From NCBI GenBank assembly GCA_002633005.1, contig NMRA01000106.1, forward strand, positions 725,655 through 789,654: a stretch of 64,000 nt of DNA, given 5' to 3'. The position numbers and the translations under genes were made by a program. Shown piece by piece: positions 1-33,727 of the stretch. The stretch comes from Phoronis australis. Its lineage: Eukaryota > Animalia > Phoronida. Under the pieces are notes generated by a model, which was not told the origin of the DNA, ran no database searches, and saw only the letters and a list, made by a program, of their open reading frames with translations. How positions within the stretch are numbered: the stretch's first letter is position 1; each line of letters begins with the position of its first letter.

Positions 1-2286
1 CAACAATGAAAAGAATTTGTATTAGTTCAAAATGTTTTGCAAATAACTCGACATTTGTTTCTCATTTACTCATATCTTGCTTAAATGTATGGTGTTTGTA
101 TGGTTTGTGCATTTGTTCCTTTTTTCTTAATTTTATTTGTGAAGCAAAGCTCACCAGGTTCTCACCAGGCGGTACATATTAGAACTTGCATATTCATCTA
201 GTAACATGTTTTCTGAAGTGCGTAGCAAGAACAGGTAAGGTACAGCACTTCTTTCAGATCACAGAGGTAGGGATTGTATTGCATGTAATCTAGGGAGGAA
301 CCAGTTGTGATGGTAAGTTTCTGAATTGCTTAACTGTATATGATGCAAAAAGTCGGACAATCATGCACAAGTAAGATTTTCACTTTACTTTGACAAAAGC
401 TCAGTGGTATGCTTGCTCTAGTTTGTTCACTAGACCCTTCAGATACTCGGATCAAATCTTGCTATCTGCTTGGATCGTTCTTCGGTGAGTTTTGTAATTG
501 AAAACATTGTTCTATAGGTGTGTGGATCACAACGCTTGAGCTGCAAGATTCAATAATTTTAGCTACATGCTTGAAACAAAAATGTTTTATTCATATAGGG
601 TTATTCAAACTAATTTTATTTTGTCTTTATATTTTTGGTGCAATAAATATGAACGAGTCCAGTCTTGATTTTTAATACACGTTAATTCACTAAAAAGTAC
701 ATCACATGAACTACTAGTAACAGCATAATTTACTAAGTAAACAAGAATTCAACAAACCTCTCTGTAGTACTGTCTTGTCTAATAAAATAAATCCGAATAA
801 ACATTTATTTTAAACCCATATACCGCACCATTTTAAAACAATTTAAAGGTATCGAGACGAGACATGTTTACTTGTTCTAATATTGCAACCTGCTAGACCC
901 AGACCTAGCGTCTGCTTCATGATTTGTGAATTGAACTTTTTTTAAGACATCATTTTGGTCTTGTGCTCCACATTAGTATTTCCGAAAAATAATCTTAACT
1001 GAGTTTAGCACAAAGAAAGTATCTGAGAACACATTCATAATTACTACTCACTGAGAAAATTTGTACAAATTATTTGCAGGCAGTGACATGCTAACAATTG
1101 TCCAACTAAACTTTCATCTGGCAATTGGGAAGTGGGAGAGGAAGACCAAATTTCCGTCTTAAGCCTTAAATCACTTTGTGAAGCAAAAGGAAGTTCACCG
1201 ATGACTCTTGCAGTTAGTGTCTGCAACACAAATTTGATTTAAATTTAATTTGAAGTATGCGATTCCTCAATATTGACTGTTGCTGAACGTGGCTTTAATA
1301 AAAACGAGGAACAATGATGGAATGCATACCATGTCATGCATTGTTGAATAATCTCTGTACGCGGAAAACCTCTCACAGCAAAATGCAGATTCATTACAGA
1401 TCTGTTAGTACCCTGAAATTATTGTTGATGTCAACTTAGTAAAATTAAGTGCCACGGAAACGATAAAGCATTATGTATGACAATTTGCTCGTCTTTCACA
1501 AAGCGTCCCTGGAATGCCTCAGTCAGACCACAAGTGTCATATTGGTAGCACAAAAAGACAACATGACTTCGGGAACTGATGCAAACCTTTTATGAGTTAC
1601 AAGATAAATCTTAAATGTGACATTCACAAAAACACCAAGTAATGCACAAAATATATCTTTTAGGGTCAAACGATGCTTTTAAATAACAAAATTCATAAAC
1701 CAACAATCAAAAGCTTAGCTTACAGTCTTCACTTCATAATTCATTTTAGAAGATCCAAAAGGCAAAAAAATCATCAAAAAATGTTGAACTTTACACTTTG
1801 CTATTGTGATAACTAACAGCACCAATCATCAACATAGCACATTTGGCATGGGCACATACTGTAAAAGGGCTAAGCATTTGCTGTTTGGTTTAACCCGCAG
1901 GATATTTAGCACATTGATCCACCTATCGATTTCACAATTACAATTATAATAAATTACCTTTCACCATCTACAATTAAATAATTCAATGGTGAGTTACCCA
2001 GACAGCAACCGCGAACACATGGTAAATTCAGATACAACCACTTTCAGACATCTCTTGGAAAAAATTGGAAGCAAGATTCCTGTATGTTTTATAATGCATT
2101 GATTTATCCCAAGTTTTTTTTTTTTGGCACAAGAAAACACATTTTCAATATTAGTTGGAGGTTAAATGCAACTCTTAAAGAAAAAATTGAAAAATCACAA
2201 CACAGCTGATTTAACATCTCGAGAAACCAAACATGCGGAGGTGCACCCCGTGAAATGCCATCAAACTAGGCACAAATTGCACAAAC

Positions 2287-4417
2287 TTAGCATGAGCACT
2301 GCTCACTTTCTCTATGCACGTCTGCAGAGCTTCGATGCGACGTGTTCTTTAACTTATGTGGGCTCACGTAGCCAGGAAGAACTGGCATCATTGGTTTTGA
2401 ATCCTTCAGTTTGTGTGCCAGTGTCATAAAGATTGCTTCAACATGGTCCGCTTGCGAGTCGTCTTTTGCGGAAGTCTCAAACAAAGGCATGTTATGAGTA
2501 TCCGCAAACTTCTGAGCCACATTTGTGCTGACGCAGACGCGATCAGTCATGTCGCATTTGTTCCCCACAAGAATTCGAGGCACGGATGTAGTCAAGTTAT
2601 GCCTATCACACTCATCGATCCAGTGAGGCATCGCATCAAACGTTGACTGCTTAGTGACATCGTATGTAAACACGACAGCATGAACATTACGGTAGTAATG
2701 TTGCACCATACTTTTACGGAACCTTTCCTGTCCTGCAGTGTCCCAAAGTTGGAGCTGTAAAGTAGAAAAGTCAAAAATTGAAGTCTGTGTTGTGACATTT
2801 AGGGCAGAGATCAACTTACTGTGGTTAGGAAATGGTCTTCAAGGTCCACAAAGGGAAATGGTCGGATATAATGTGCCACATTTTGAAAACCAGTTTTCTC
2901 CAATGAATAACGAGCATCAAACTGGTTCTCAAAATGCAGGCATGCCATATTTGACTATTGCCCCTTACAGAACTGGAAATTGTGTGATTGTAAAATGTGG
3001 AGATAAGCATAAGCAGAAAAGTACACGATCTCTACAAGAAAGTCAATTTCAATATTGTTTTCAGGCCAGAAATTTTTGCTCATGTCATTTTGATAAAAAT
3101 AAGTCATTTCAAATGAAGTTAGCTATTAGTATTGAAGAGTTTCATTAATTTTGTGTGCTCTGTGGTTGCCTGTCACTATACAGGGGCGGATTCAGGATTT
3201 TGAGTTGGGGGGGCAGGGCACAGGAATAACCATAATATCGCCACGAGCGCGCACCCAGCCTAAAATACAGGGATGTAAGGGTCTCGAATCTTGGGGTTTG
3301 TAGACCTTTTCAAACATAGTGGAAGCTCAGTACTAGTACAGGCCTTAAAGACAGTAAAGCTCCTATAAGGGCTTTTGGCTAATTATGCCTCACACCACAA
3401 CACATCGAAGTCATGTTGTTATAAATACCTTTTGTGCATAGAAAGACAATTAGGAGGCCGTTGATGTCTTTAATTCCTACCAACTTAGACAAATATTCCT
3501 GTAATCAAACTTTTTTCAGGCACTCCTTCATTCAGTTGCCCAAATCGGCAACTGGCCATTTTTGATACTGTGCACGCCAGGATATATGACGTAATTTCTC
3601 CTGGTGCACGCTATGTTAAAAACGACCACTTGCCGATTTGGGCACCTGAATGAAGGGCTGCTCGAAGAAAAACTTTGATTACAGGAGTAGAGTTGGACGG
3701 AATTAAAACATCAACGAACTCCTAGGTGTTCCTCTGTGCACACAAGGTATTTATATAACGATATGACTTTGATGTTTTAATCAGTGTGAGGCACGATGCA
3801 CTGAAAAGCTTCCGTGGTATGAAGCGTCTACCAGCATAGGAGCTTCACCGTCTCTAAGGCCAGTAGAGATAGTGGTAACTGTCTAGTGAGAAAGAAACAT
3901 TTTCCCTGAGCAACAAGCGCATTTGTACTTAAGTGGATGAAACACTGTTTGAAAAATGCTGTATTCATATGCATGAAGGGTTAGTAATTAAATTTTAATC
4001 TCGAAAGCTTATTTTGCTTCTAACTCTGGTGGGGGCTATAGAACCCCCCCCCCCTTCTTTCAGTGCTGCGTCACCCATGACCAAGATATTGTAGCCCTCT
4101 CTCCAGCCCCCTGAATTCACCTTCAGTTTTTCTCCATTGATATCAATCGATTTCTCACGAAAGTCGACCCCAATTGTCGCTTCAGTTTTGTCAGGAAACT
4201 TTCCAGCACAAAATCTGTAAGTAAGACAAGTCTTTCCAACATTGGAGTCTCCAATGACGATTATCTTGAAGATGCGTTTTTGAAGTTGTCTCTGTGTTTC
4301 AACAGTTACATTCGTCTGTTGACTTTGTTGTTGTTGCTCTTCCAAATTTTCCCCCTTTTTCTGATTTCCAGCTGCCAGAACATCGTCCTTGGAGACTTCT
4401 TCCTTTACAGTACTCAT
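2287..4417 (-). CDS. RAB33: Rab33-family small GTPase (Rab33B-like), 2 coding exons: 4417-4121, 2754-2287; 254 aa
   Basis: [42 protein letters not shown] joined in phase 0 (AAG|gtgaat...ttacag|CTC) to [27 protein letters not shown], then GNKCD, FETSAK and a C-terminal CSC prenylation motif; [15 protein letters not shown] is Rab33-typical. Confidence 0.95.
2851..2967. mobile_element. About 120-bp palindromic MITE family B, copy 1
   Basis: Core CATTTTGA(G/A)AACCAGTTT-spacer-AAACTGGTTCTCAAAATG with extended imperfect arms; six copies in the window. Confidence 0.75.
3330..3870. mobile_element. Older, diverged palindromic relative of the 5162-6090 foldback family, in the Rab33 intron
   Basis: Shares AATTATGCCTC..CACC, GTTGTTATAAATACCTTTTG.GCATAGA and ATCAAACTTTTT blocks with the 5162 TIR and repeats them inverted around a centre near 3590; ends approximate. 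Confidence 0.75.
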
Positions 4418-4824
4418 TGCGAAATTGTCGATAAACACCCTCAAGGAGATCGCCTCTAATAACAAATGCTACCAAAGTATAAACGCATTTTATTGCTACC
4501 GAGATGAAATTTCCCAGTCACCAAATCCATTCAACAACTTTGTGGCACCTGTCACGTGACTTCTGCATCCTTAATCTTGAAATTTTTAATATATTTAAGA
4601 AATTTTTAAATTATTCTGTATTTTTATTGACTTTTTAACTAATTTGAGTCTTTTACACTGTTTTATATAAACAGTTGCGCGCATTCTTAATGCTTCGTTT
4701 TTACGAGACTTCCTCAAAACTCGCAGCTGTCCACCATATTGGAATTTTTACCACGCGGTTTTTCGCGTTGATGACCGATTTGTGGGGCTTCTTCTGAGCC
4801 CAGTTGTCAGCGATAAGCTGCGAA
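4418..4824. promoter_or_regulatory. Bidirectional promoter and 5' UTR region of Rab33 and NAA15
   Basis: Divergent ATGs separated by 407 bp; palindromic GTCACGTGAC (E-box/CLEAR) at 4551-4560; TGCGCGCA near 4677; local CpG enrichment. Confidence 0.7.
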
Positions 4825-25019
<20,195 letters not shown>

Positions 25020-27924
25020 TAGTTGTGCTGGATAAGACTGTTCAGTTGTACAGATATCGTGGTATAGCCATTACCACGTTGAACATTTCTACATAACACG
25101 CGCCATTTGTTGAAAGAAATGCTCCACCTACACTTTCACAGCAAAGACAGAACTTTATTTTGAACGTGTATAACAGGCACCTGAAATTGTTATTGTTTTA
25201 ACTAAGTACTTGTAGAAAAACGTCATACTGAGCATCACTAAAATTGAAAGAAAAATGACAAAAAGTTTTCAGCTTTCAAAGACTGATCCTTCCTCAGTGG
25301 TGTCTGAGTGTAACGGCAGATAAGGATTTCTATTCGTAGAGCTTGCTTGAACTGAAGTCTAATCCGCCTCTTATAGTAATGGTGTTTTCCCAACCAATTT
25401 ATTACGTGGATCTGTTGTAACCCATGATCTTTGTTGGCAATCTGTGTCCTTTAGTCAAGCATTCTTTCCTTATATTTTGTGAAAGGACTTACTTTATACT
25501 GTATGCTTGTACAGTTTTCATGGGTTTCATTGGGCTGTAGTAGAAATTTTTATCACGCGTAGGGGCTGTCGCAGGAACCGCAGGAAACACCGTATAACAC
25601 TTGACTAGTGTCCCACATGCTATGTTTCTCCTTTGACTGGATGCTGGTTTCATAGCAGTACTGATGTTGAACTTCTAAAACCTTCCTACCCTTAGTATCT
25701 GAGATTTAACTTTGACGCGTGGAATGACTACCATTGCTCTGTGTTGGTCTTTGTCAGTACGATGTCTGGGGATAATTTCAACTCGCGAAGATTCAAGATT
25801 TGAAAACCCAAATTTTTCCGGTGATTTTTCTTTCAACTTTTAGCATGCTAAATGTGATTTTGTCTGCAAGTATTGGACTTCATGCTGATGAACGTCTTTA
25901 GTGACCGAGGACAAAGTTAAAAGTAATCGAATTTTGTTTCACTGTCATGGCAGCTAATTCTGTTATCAGCAAAAATGACTGGTAATATTATAGCTATGGT
26001 GGCAGCAAAATGCGTACTTCAGAATTCCTTGGCCATTGTACTAACGTTCCCTTCATTCTCGGTCATAGGGAAGACTACTCTGACCATAAATACGTCTTTC
26101 GCATCATGGGACAATTTCCCAGTCATTTTGACTAAATAGTTATAGTATGTACTCAATTTCTGGATATTTCACCTTTGACCTTGGTTTGTTCATTGTTGCT
26201 GTATCAGCCAGGACCCTCGATGCCGGGGCCTATTCTCCTGTGAGAATTATTTAATCGCGTGGAATTTCCCACTGAGTAAAAAATTTCCCCAACAGGGAAC
26301 TTTTCATGTTGGCGCTCTCTACAGTACCGAGAGCGCGAAAGTGACATCCAATTTGGTACCGACTCAGATATGGTGGACAGGAATAGTAAATGTGCAAATC
26401 CGCCATATTTGATTTTGCCGTCGCAGTTGCATTGTGGGAAATGTATGCTTCTATCGCCACAGGTTTTCGGAGAACAGATCAGGGGGAAGCAATATTTGTA
26501 AGAAGCCAGGATGTAAATGTTGAGAAGATCTGCTGATAACAAGCAGAGTACTCTTTATTATTCTGTTCAAAGATAGAAATCTTGTGGAGTCCAAAATTGT
26601 TTTTGTGTAGGGGAAATTATGCAACACTGACAACAGTTAGACATTGGATTCTTTACTGTTTTTAAATAAAAGGCACCAGATGTTATGGTGTAACTAAAGT
26701 TTTCCATTTCAAAATGTTCGTCATTCTTGAGAACGTTTGTTATTATGGAAGTTTTCTTCCATATCCGTAGAATAAGTTGTATAGACAGTTTATAAATATG
26801 GGATTGCGCAAAAAAGTGTCTCAAAATACATGTCTTGCAAATTTTACCTTCATGACAGTAATGCCAAATTCTTATTATTAATAAAATGTTTTTTTCTAAT
26901 TTATTGACTTGTAGGATTAATTTTAGACTTCTAAAAATAGTATACCAAGAAAAGTTCACTTCATTTAGAGATTCATAGCAGATGATGAAACGTACAAAAT
27001 TCAAATTGTCTGCTTGTGTCACAGAGNGTTTGAGATTCATAGATCCTTATAATTGAAAAAATGTTCATTGAAATTATAGACACATGGTGAACAGAGACAC
27101 CTGGTGGCTGCCAAAAGTATTGTTCACAGGCTACTTTAATTTTTGACAATGTTGGACAAGACAACTAGTTCTTGTCTTTTTAATCATCTAAGTTCTTAAC
27201 AGGTCCTCCTGGAGGCAATTTGTTTGCAAGTGTTGGATTTTATATTTTAACCTATTAAAAATAATTAAAAAATTATGGGTCATGGGTTGGAGAAATAAAT
27301 GAAAAATATGGGCGGTGGGTACGAAATAAAAGTGCCTTCCCCCCCTCCCATACAGATTTTGCTGGAACAGCCCTTAGAAAGTCATATAAGTTGATTAGCC
27401 CTATAGGTGCCATTACTTTGGCCTTTAAAAGCGATACAGAATACATAAACAAGTGCTCGTATTTACTGGATGTATTATACAAAGACAAGTGTTCTGTCTG
27501 TTCAATAAGGTTTGTATAAGTACTGCGCATTTACCATGAACTACAGTGCAGTAGGCATGGAGAGTGAGCTAACAGCTTATTAGGGCATTCCCATTACTAA
27601 CTGGACATTGGGGTGAAATTAAAAGCAGACCATAGGGACAAATCTTGATAGGCCCAGCTTTTGTTGCTTAGTTACTCCACCACATTTTATGACCACGAGT
27701 CAGAATTGACAAGAGCCAGGTAGTAGTCTAGTGTTGGCATAGTTCATGAATTTATTCAAGTGAATCTATGATCTCCCCACAATGTTTTAACATTTAAAAA
27801 TGTTAGCTGCAGTTTGGACGTCCCAGAGCTTGACCATCTCCCTAAATCTGCCCGTGTGTTATCCTGGGAAAATGGAAATAAATTGTCAATCTCTGACTGC
27901 GCAAGTGTAACTTTCACACCCGAT

Positions 27925-27930
27925 TTTATT
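27925..27930 (-). terminator. Candidate distal poly(A) signal of Rab30 (3' UTR of about 3.3 kb)
   Basis: AATAAA on the minus strand, preceded by U-rich sequence with several TGTA motifs; other hexamers at about 30985 and 27751. Confidence 0.35.
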
Positions 27931-28264
27931 GAGACAGTTACATTACAAGTATAAAACAAAAGTACAGACAACACAAATGCATAAAACTGCAATAAAAATC
28001 TCGACACAATAATAATCTCGAGTTAAGTAGACTAGCAATCCTTTTTGAAACTGGTTATGTTGCTGTTGAATAAAAACATCAATATCTACTAGGTAACAAC
28101 TGCTCCACACAAACTTTTATAAAGCCATGTACCAGTTGACTTGATTGTTGTATCACATTTGAAGTAGTATTCAGTAATTGTGCAACTGTAACAGTCGCTT
28201 GTTCAACCATGATTGGTGCAAAACATGTTTGAAAAGGTCCTTCCTAGATAAAACACTTTTAGTT

Positions 28265-28388
28265 CTTAAAGCTGCCAATAGTCGTATGTGATGTCCTCAC
28301 ATTTTGAGAACCAGTTTGATGCCAGTTATTCAGTGGAGAAAACTGGATCTCAAATATGGGCACGTTGTATTTGACTGTTGTCCTTAAA
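28265..28388. mobile_element. MITE family B, copy 3, bounded by TTAA on both sides
   Basis: TTAA-AGCTGCCAATAGTC...core...GACTGTTGTCC-TTAA; TTAA flanks suggest Kolobok- or piggyBac-type mobilisation. Confidence 0.72.
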
Positions 28389-31227
28389 GCCTACTTTGAA
28401 CAGCAACACTAATAATTTTAGTTCCTTCAGTATGTTCTGAGCATCATTCTTGAGCACACCAATGCCATATATTGCCTATTAAATTCACCGTGAGGCTTAT
28501 TGACCTGCAATCGGCTACTTCACTGCGGGTTATATTCACACCCCCATTCAGTGCAATTACTTTGTGTAGTGCTCGCAGTGATGCAATATGGCACAAACGG
28601 GCTACTTCACTAATTTTATGAGTCTACATTAACTAAATCACGTTTTCTTATACTGCTCAAGTATTGCTTAAATATCTCAGTAGCCTAAGAGACTTAAAAT
28701 ACCAAAAACTGGTTCAATGAAGCACCTACATAGACTATTTTGTTCAGTTTTTAGACAGTGTTGAATGTCAGTTTTGTGATCCATCTAATAGAAACAGCAC
28801 ATTTTCCAAGAGCATGCCAAAGTAGATTTAACTTCCAACGTTTAAAAAGTCTAATTCAATCACACCCTTTGACTGAAATTTTATAACAGGTTGAGCAGTT
28901 AAAAATTTTTAATATTAGCTATGCCATTCCTGCAAAATTTTCTCTATCTGTTCTAGCTAACATATTTTAAGTAAAGCTTTCAACCAAAAAACACTATCCA
29001 AGTGGTCCAGTTTCATGGGGGGAATCTTAACATGAAAATTGCAATTTGTGAACAAAAAATCTAACAAAAAGTAAAATGTTTAACCAAAAACTTACGACAT
29101 AAGAGTATAATATGCAAAACATTAATGACTTAGTATTTGGCACAGCAAAAAAGCATCAGATCTCAACAAAAACAATGTCAAAATAACATTAATAAAATGC
29201 ACAGTAGTCGGGAAGCAAACCTTCATTTAGACACAGTGTGTTGAACATCTTGTTTCCTTTACATTTTACCCTTCATGTATAACCTCTATTTAACAGCGGT
29301 CCAATCTCAAGCTAGGTGTAAATGTGTACAATAATCATCCCAAGCCTATGATTGTATAATGAAAATAATCGCTGGCATCGTATTCACGTCACATAACATA
29401 ACAATACATAGAACACAATAGTACACTGATTTGTCTAGCTACAAAACATTTGAAACTTGGCTCATTTCACGGCACCTTAACTGTACTTCCTTAATAGACT
29501 TGTACAAGTCACGCCGAGGCCCGTTTACCATCTAAGGTCCTTTTGTTTGTAAAGCAATTACAGCATTAGTGATCACTTCAGAGCAACAAAACACTACTGA
29601 GGACTAAAAGTAGTGACTCTTCACATTGCCTGGCTTCTGAAATTGAATTGCTTAAAAAAATAAGCAAGGATCGCTTTCATCTGAGGAAATACAACAAAAA
29701 GTAGTCAAAATAGAAGCGTTAGGATTGGGTTCTCCAGTACCCGTTGATGAACAGTTTTAGTAACTCTTTGAACCATGTTAAGATAACTGGCCTGCAAGTT
29801 TTGATGTCAGACAAAAGAGTACATGAACGCTTAACAATAGACTAGATTGGCATCTGGATTTAGCCTCGGTTTAACAATCGCTGTCACCTGGAGTTGAAAC
29901 CAAATGTAAGGCTTTAGTAATTATACAAGAGACGATACATACAGCAAATAAAATGTAAATGTTCAACAAAACATGTCTAACATAAATAAAAATATAACTA
30001 AATGCTTAAAACTGCAATGGGTAAATGAATACACATATATAAGGAACTTTGTCTTCAATTAATAAAAAAACAATAATAACACACCATCATAAAGTAGGGT
30101 GTATTACGTAGTACTAGTCTAATGAACTACATTAAAACATTTGGCGCTACATCTCATTTCTCAATCATCAGTTACATAAATAATGCAGACGTTTGTCTGA
30201 ATGAGATTTCACAAAATTATGGCAAATTGTTTTGGCAACTTGTGCAAATGACAGCTCTATACTGTTTTCAAATCAAACGGATATTTTTCTTGTTTTGTAA
30301 CCAATGAGTAGTAGACAAATTTTACTTGCAGAAACAACAAATATGCAGAGGTGTAGTCTTCAATGTTTACGTACAATACAGTGAGATTACTCACATGTCT
30401 ACATTCATAGAATGTAATCATAACAAAATAAAACAAGTTCACATTTGAGTCGTGTACACTTCGAAATTAATAGTCAATAGATTGCAATGGAAAAAATCCT
30501 AAGCAAAAGGCTAGATGGATGACTTATTCACTAACGAAAACACTGAGATAACATCAATCCTCCAAATTACCTTCAGCATGTGACATGTGCAATTTTAAAC
30601 GGTACAAGATGAAATCTTGCTTTGAAAAGTGCTCGACAGCTAAATATCCTGTCCAATTTAAAGCTGCTATAGGCCCATCTCCTGCCAAAAACTAAATTTT
30701 AATTTATGTACACCACTTACACTTGTGGTCTCATCCTCAATCCTCGCTCAAATTAGATGTGATTTATGGACTTGGAAGGAACTGACAGTTATTGATCAGT
30801 GTCAAGGTCAACAAGTTGGCATCTCCTGGTAATTAATGTTATGTGCCAAGTATGGTCTTGAACTATAATGAATTCCCTGTTCTTGTCAAGCCATTAAACC
30901 ACTTCTCACGTGAGTAAGAAATAAGATGAGACTGTAGTCATACGTGGTCTATATCAAACTTTCATCTTTTTGACAATGTACAGATTTATTGCAGCTTTAC
31001 ATGTCTTGGAACAGGACAGACATGTTGGATCGAGTCGACTTTTCAGTTTTTTTGCAAACGAAAGTCATTCCAGTATACACAATTTTAATGAGACCATCAT
31101 GCGATGATTGTGAAGTGAAGCGATTGACATATACAATTAAATTACATTTGATTGGTATATGTGAGCTTATTACAAGCTTTACTATAATCAAAGCCGACTT
31201 GACTCCTTATGAGATTATGAGATAACC

Positions 31228-33727
31228 TTACGCTATTTTACAACAGGAAATTGTAGAGATCGGAGTACTTGTTCCATCAATATCATCATGGCCTTCCTTT
31301 CCTCGAAGTTCATTGGTGCGAGCTTGCTTGGTCAGAGAGAGCGCGATTTCTGTGAATAGTTTCTCAACGTTGTCTGCTTCTTTGGCTGATGTTTCCAAGA
31401 AATGCATGTCGTGCTGCTGAGCAAAGTTGCCTCCAATGTGTTTGGGAATTTCCCTCTGGGCTCCTAGGTCACATTTGTTTCCTGGAATCAATACCAGATT
31501 AATATGGGTTTTGTAAAAATTAACACAATTTTTGAAAATATTTTGTTGATCACTTAAGAGTCAAAATTCTAAAATGCGCATCTGAGCAAAAACTTCACAA
31601 AAATGGATTCACTTTTTCACTGTGTGCTGTATTCATATCTAGGTTAGACAGTTGCAATGTAGTGTATCCACACAAAAGATCAAAAACAGGAACTGAACAT
31701 AGACATGTTTAATCCCAGAATCCCTTTTGGTACAAACTACAGTGCCATCTATTGTACGATGTGGAACTACTAATACAGCACAGAGAGTAAAACACAGCTG
31801 TAGCAAGAATGTGTTCAAACTGAGAAAGAAAACAGCCAGCGTATTCGTTACTTGACGATGCCTTCCAGGCACCCAGAAAGTAATGTTTAGACCTGACTTA
31901 CCAAACCGGTCTGAAATTGTTCCTTACTCAGATTAGAGGTGATTTCTGGGTCCATTATTAATTGAGACCATGCACGTGTACTTAATAAGTTGACTTGATC
32001 TGGTGTGTCAGTTTGAAGTGTGACAAGCACTGCTGTTAGCAGCAACAATCAGTCAATTCGACCCAAGCCCAAAAAAGCATGTAATTTGAGTAAGGAACAA
32101 ATTGAGACAAGTTTTGTACAAGAAAGTAAGAATTTACCCTTTTCGATAAAAGGCTGTTCCATAAGAGCTTTGACATTGGTATATAACCTGACACAAGGTG
32201 GCAAGACTTACCAACTAGGTAGGTGAGCACCTTCCGACTAGCGTACATGTCTATTTCATTGATCCACTGCGGAAGACAGTCAAATGTTGGCTGGACGCTG
32301 ACATCGTAAACGAGAATAAGAGCATTGGCTGATCGGTAGTAACTCTGTGTGATGGAGCGAAACCTCTCCTGGCCAGCCGTGTCCCAGATTTGTAGCTGTG
32401 GGCAGAATTGGTACCGAATAGGACAAGAGGTCAGTAACAAAATGAATAATATAGTTCTGAATTCTATCATGTTATCATAAATTTCCAGGCTATAATTTCC
32501 ATTTTCATGAGTAATTCAGTGAGCTCCGACAAAATGTACACTATTGTATTGATTATTAATTGTTGCCAAGCATACATTAAAACATGAACTGGATATATGA
32601 CTCACACAAAGTTTAGTCACCCTATAAAATTCTCCATGAAGTAAAATCTCATGGAGAATCATGAAATTTTCATGCATGAAAATTATAATTAGTAATACAA
32701 GGCCAAACATCACAAGATCAAAAATCGAAAATCTTATTAAATAAATCAACTTTGAGAGGCACCAAACTTGATCCATAGCACAAAATTACAAGTACTTTAA
32801 TTCACTGCATTAACAAGTCCTTTTCAGATATAAATGGAGTTTTTAAAATTGCTTTACACAATCAATATTACCTTGACTTTTTCACCATCTATTACCACCG
32901 TTTTTATCATAAAATCCACACCAATTGTAGCACCCTGCCCCGGAGGAAAAAGACCCTGTAACAGAATACTACAGTATTAGAGAAATATAATCAAAGCTGT
33001 GAAGGTAAATAGCATTCTTAGTTAACAGGGACATCCTCTGTAAGAGTACAGTAGAGTGGAACTGAGCCCGCCCACAAGCTCTAGCCAAGCGCTATGGCCC
33101 TCAACCAGATTCCACATGTTAAGCAGAAGAGTGTTTTAAGCAAATGGTAGACACTGGCCTTAATTTCGGTAACAAACTCATAAAAAACAATGGATTTTGA
33201 GGCTTCGTAGCTCAATTCAAACCAAATAACTTCAAAAATGTGATTTTGGCAACACTACCAATAATGTCGCTTTAACATGCTTAGAACTTAATATTTTGTT
33301 AACTATACCTCAGTACTCTTACTTTACGTTTATCTGAAAATATCTGTCATAAGAAAGACTGCCAAGTTACAAAAAGGATTTTTAAGAAAGTCAGGAAACA
33401 CAAACGGAATTTTGGTTATTTTCAAATTAATACACAACTTTGGACTCTAACACAGATCATGATTTGGTCTTCACTCAGATAAGAAGTGGTTTTGAGGGTT
33501 GGAAAGAACAGACAGTTCGTTAAAACACAATATTATATGCTTGACGCATAAAATCACTAATTTCAGGAGAGTATGTGGTCTTGATCCAAAGTACGACACA
33601 AAGCAGGTATGTAGTACCAAACCATATACATAATACATACCTGAGTAAATCGCCGGACAAGACAGGTTTTCCCCACACCAGCATTTCCAATTAAAACCAC
33701 TTTAAACAAATATTTGTAATCCTCCAT
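31228..33727 (-). CDS. RAB30: Rab30 small GTPase, 4 coding exons: 33727-33641, 32955-32872, 32395-32212, 31481-31228; 202 aa
   Basis: [29 protein letters not shown] / [20 protein letters not shown] / [28 protein letters not shown] / GNKCD...[16 protein letters not shown]...ISCCKIA; GT-AG introns, total 609 nt; in-frame TGA upstream of the ATG. Confidence 0.95.

Noticed and set aside
3181-3255. CAGGGGCGGATTCAGG GC-rich patch resembling a transposon end
   Set aside because: No matching opposite terminus or second copy found in the window
3995-4465. 156-aa single-exon Rab ORF as given by the ORF track
   Set aside because: It begins at a non-ATG codon and runs through the donor at 4120 into intron; the true exon is 4417-4121
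27028-27028. Single ambiguous base N
   Set aside because: Assembly ambiguity in intergenic/UTR sequence; no biological signal
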